Shown here one piece after another: positions 46,593 through 49,369 of a stretch of DNA of 49,369 bases (position 1 is the stretch's first letter; every line of letters starts with the position of its first letter). The position numbers were made by a program, and so were the translations under genes. Where the stretch lies: contig NKIB01013960.1 of NCBI GenBank assembly GCA_002256025.1, positions 1 through 49,369 of the forward strand. Reading direction: 5' to 3'. The notes under the pieces are model-generated. The model was given only the letters and a program-made list of their open reading frames with translations. It was not told where the DNA came from and ran no database searches. This DNA is from Asterionella formosa. Taxonomy: Eukaryota.

Positions 46593-46824
46593 ATTATTAA
46601 AACTTAAATAAATATGTACTTTTATTTAAGTTTTAATAATATGTTTTTATCTTTTTAATATTTCTAAAGATTTAATTATGAGTTTATTTAATTTTAGAAA
46701 ATAATAACAATATAAATATTATTATTATTTTCTAAATATCGTTCTATCAGATAATTAGAAGTCTTTAACTTTAGCCATTCTTATAAAAACTAATTTATCA
46801 ATAAAATACTGATAAATTAGTTTT
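46593..46824. repeat. Three AT-rich hairpins between ycf89 and rrn16
   Basis: 46593-46640 (20 bp), 46693-46736 (about 20 bp), 46786-46824 (15 bp). Confidence 0.8.
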
Positions 46825-46880
46825 CTAATTTCAGTTTATTAAAGTACTTTACTCTTAATATTTACACCAAAGTACTTTAA

Positions 46881-47942
46881 TTAAAATGTTAATATATTTT
46901 GAGTTAAATTAATAAAATAACTTGTAAAATCTGATAAACTGTTGATAGTAGAATCAGCTATTAAAATTGGTGATGAAAAGTCATTTGAAACTTCTATAAC
47001 TTGACTAATTTGAGGAACTATTTCTTTTATCGAATTAGATTTAATTTGATCAATAATTTCATCAGGTAAAAATTGAATATCAACATTTTTATATGCTTTT
47101 TGCATATACTTTAATATATCAGGACGTTCTGTGTACCAATATTGACGAATTTCATTAGGAATCGGGTATTTATACCAAAGAATTGGTAAATATCGAAAAG
47201 CTAATACATCACGCATTTCACCGTTAATAAGTGCTTTTGTGGGATCACCTTCACTTGGTAAATAAGGCATAGTAAATACTAAATTATTTAAACTGTCCGC
47301 ACATTTACCAAGAACTGTAAGTAAAATTGGTCCACTTAAATTTACTCCAATTATACTTGGGACCAATCCGATAAGACTTTCTTCAGTCCAATCAACTAAT
47401 GCAATAAAATAATTCCAGGGTAAAGTATACGGGTTTATACTGATTATCCAAGATAATAGAATTCTAAAAGATACAATTTCGCCAAATCCAACAATTGAAA
47501 GAAATAATACTTCCCTAAATACTTCTAATAGTGTAATATCAATACAAAAGTTTAATTGTATTTGAAGAAACTCTGAAAACCAATTTGGAAAAAAGAATAA
47601 GTTCTTATAATTCTCAATATAAAAGCTATAATAACCATCGGTTTTACTTTCATAGAATAGTCTATCTAGAGGCTGTACAGTAGGCACAGCACCAAATACG
47701 ACTTGTAGTAGATTCTCCGCCGTAGGGGGAGGTGGGAAAGGTACATTGCGTGCGGACAACATATCACTATCATAAACTCTAAAACCTAAATAAGGCTGAC
47801 CATCTGAACCTACCCCTGATGGTACTAATGGCATACCTTTATTTTCCGGGTACCCAAATTTTGTGGCAAATTTAATAGTCATATCTGATACTTTGTCAAA
47901 AAAAGCTTGACGTAAAACTATAAGTTTATCTCGTAAAACCAT
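46881..47942 (-). CDS. ycf89: Ycf89, diatom membrane protein with YGGT-like core
   Basis: Position between trnP and rrn16; FGYPENKGMP, RILLSWIISINPYTLPW, FTMPYLPSEG, FRYLPILWY. Confidence 0.9.
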   Translation of the reverse strand: MVLRDKLIVLRQAFFDKVSDMTIKFATKFGYPENKGMPLVPSGVGSDGQPYLGFRVYDSDMLSARNVPFPPPPTAENLLQVVFGAVPTVQPLDRLFYESKTDGYYSFYIENYKNLFFFPNWFSEFLQIQLNFCIDITLLEVFREVLFLSIVGFGEIVSFRILLSWIISINPYTLPWNYFIALVDWTEESLIGLVPSIIGVNLSGPILLTVLGKCADSLNNLVFTMPYLPSEGDPTKALINGEMRDVLAFRYLPILWYKYPIPNEIRQYWYTERPDILKYMQKAYKNVDIQFLPDEIIDQIKSNSIKEIVPQISQVIEVSNDFSSPILIADSTINSLSDFTSYFINLTQNILTF

Positions 47943-47994
47943 TGTTCAATTTTAAGTAATATTAATACTGTTTACGATAGATATTATACGTTAC

Positions 47995-48028
47995 AATTAA
48001 TTAAATTAAATATTTAATTTAATTAATT
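47995..48028. repeat. Perfect 34-bp pure-AT palindrome downstream of trnP
   Basis: aattaattaaattaaat|atttaatttaattaatt. Confidence 0.8.
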
Positions 48029-48040
48029 AATTAAGAACGT

Positions 48041-48114
48041 TCGGGATAGTAGGATTTGAACCTACGACCCCCTGCTCCCAAAGCAGGTGCTCTACCAAGC
48101 TGAGCTATATCCCG
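48041..48114 (-). tRNA. trnP: tRNA-Pro(UGG)
   Basis: CGGGATA/TATCCCG acceptor, anticodon TGG. Confidence 0.97.
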
Positions 48115-48181
48115 ACTCGAACTATTTAGCTGCAGGTTACAGACTTATTATAACATCTAAAGCATATACTAGTTTTACTAA

Positions 48182-48994
48182 TTATACAATAGGAGGGCGA
48201 AATAAATTTTTACTAGGATATACGGGCTTTAATCCAAGATATGCTGGATATAGTATTTGTTTAGGATATAAATTTTTACCAATTTTTTTACCTCTTTTGA
48301 AATCTAAGTAATCCATTAAATCCTGAACTGTCATAATTTTACCTTCTTCAATATCTTCCAACTCGATCCTTACCCCAAAATAATGTTCAAATTCAACAAT
48401 CATTGAAACCAGCTCTAAAGAGTCTATTCCAAATTGGTCAATAAACTTTACTTCTGGTCTAATTGAATTGAATTCAAAGCTAAATTTAAAATGTAAAACC
48501 CACCGAACTTGCGCTAAAGTACTTTTCATAATTGTAAACGGTACCTCTGTTCTTTGAAACTTTTTTTCAACGTATTTTTTCTTACGTGTTTCGACAAATT
48601 CTACCCAAGCCCAATATCTTTTATCAGTCTTATCATAACCCTTATAAAACATCTGTCGAATATAATCTTCCGTATAAATTAACCTTCCTATTTCTCCGAC
48701 AACTAATTGACCAAAAATTATATCATCAATCAGATATTGTCCAGGCTCCAAAATTAGTTCGTCTGATGGCTCTTCAATTACTTCTTCTGCTATTTCTGGT
48801 TCCCAATACATATACAAATAGTCAACGAAACCACGAGTTCTAAGAGCCTTACCTTTAAATTCAGCTTCATATTCATCTTTAAATTCTTTAACTTTAACAT
48901 ATTCAACAATATCAATGGGTACCCAATGTTCAACGTAAGTATGAACAACAAACGCGGGTGGATAATAGAAAATTTGTGGTACATGTTCTGGCAT
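48182..48994 (-). CDS. ORF270: unknown N-terminal region fused to a divergent acyl-carrier-protein domain
   Basis: Residues ~156-232 align to neighbouring AcpP; FGIDSLELV motif (Ser192); GGAG SD 9 nt upstream of the ATG. Confidence 0.8.
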   Translation of the reverse strand: MPEHVPQIFYYPPAFVVHTYVEHWVPIDIVEYVKVKEFKDEYEAEFKGKALRTRGFVDYLYMYWEPEIAEEVIEEPSDELILEPGQYLIDDIIFGQLVVGEIGRLIYTEDYIRQMFYKGYDKTDKRYWAWVEFVETRKKKYVEKKFQRTEVPFTIMKSTLAQVRWVLHFKFSFEFNSIRPEVKFIDQFGIDSLELVSMIVEFEHYFGVRIELEDIEEGKIMTVQDLMDYLDFKRGKKIGKNLYPKQILYPAYLGLKPVYPSKNLFRPPIV

Positions 48995-49016
48995 TATTAA
49001 ATACTCCGGTTATTTG

Positions 49017-49044
49017 AATGTGTTACTATAATAAGTAACACATT
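49017..49044 (-). terminator. 11-bp hairpin between acpP and ORF270
   Basis: aatgtgttact-ataata-agtaacacatt; no long U-tail on the minus strand. Confidence 0.55.
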
Positions 49045-49053
49045 AATATAATA

Positions 49054-49311
49054 TTATTTACCTAATTTAGCAAGGTATTCCAAAACGTCTTTAACTTTAG
49101 CAATTTTAGCAGCAACAATATCTTCAATTTCAATATCAAATCTCTCTTCAACAGACATTACTAATTCTACTACATCTAATGAATCTGCACCCAAATCTTC
49201 TGTAAAGTTTGCATCAGGAGTAACTCTATTAGGATTAATATTTAACTGCTCAGCAACAATTTCTTGAACGATTTCTAAGGTAGTTTTGTCTTTATCATCA
49301 ATCTTACTCAT
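49054..49311 (-). CDS. acpP: Acyl carrier protein
   Basis: FTEDLGADSLDVVELVMSVEERFDIEI; position next to trnP-ycf89-rrn. Confidence 0.97.
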   Translation of the reverse strand: MSKIDDKDKTTLEIVQEIVAEQLNINPNRVTPDANFTEDLGADSLDVVELVMSVEERFDIEIEDIVAAKIAKVKDVLEYLAKLGK

Positions 49312-49369
49312 TTTAAAAGAATCCTTTTTTTAATTAAATTATTAGAATATAAGAGTATTTTATAACACA

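Overview
AT-rich diatom (red-lineage, Bacillariophyta) plastid genome segment. It appears to span the whole small single-copy region (about 64..40262) plus about 9 kb of the rRNA-bearing inverted repeat. Gene order: rpl32-trnL-rbcR-rpl21-rpl27-secA-rpl34-ycf46-ccs1-psbA; ycf35/rps16/rps4/trnH; thiS; syfB/psb28/trnQ/trnR; groEL; dnaK; the large ribosomal-protein operon rpl3..rps10 (with ycf88, secY, rpoA, tufA); ccsA; rps6-trnN-thiG; clpC; trnC, trnL, psaC, psbY; rrn5-rrn23-trnA-trnI-rrn16; ycf89, trnP, ORF270 and acpP. I saw no introns, CRISPR arrays or mobile elements. Most notable observations: (1) a 270-aa ORF directly downstream of acpP carries a second, divergent acyl-carrier domain (GIDSL) fused to an unknown N-terminal region; (2) the function-unknown ycf88 aligns by eye with its neighbour rpl22, suggesting a cryptic uL22 paralogue; (3) the clpC leader can form two mutually exclusive 13-14 bp helices with G-U pairs on the transcribed strand; (4) the inverted-repeat junction ends exactly on a TATAAT box, so one promoter faces both rpl32 and clpC; (5) an unannotated 55-aa membrane ORF with a GGAGG site follows clpC; (6) perfect 78-84 bp palindromes include gene 3' ends. 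All alignments and folds were done by eye and need computational confirmation.
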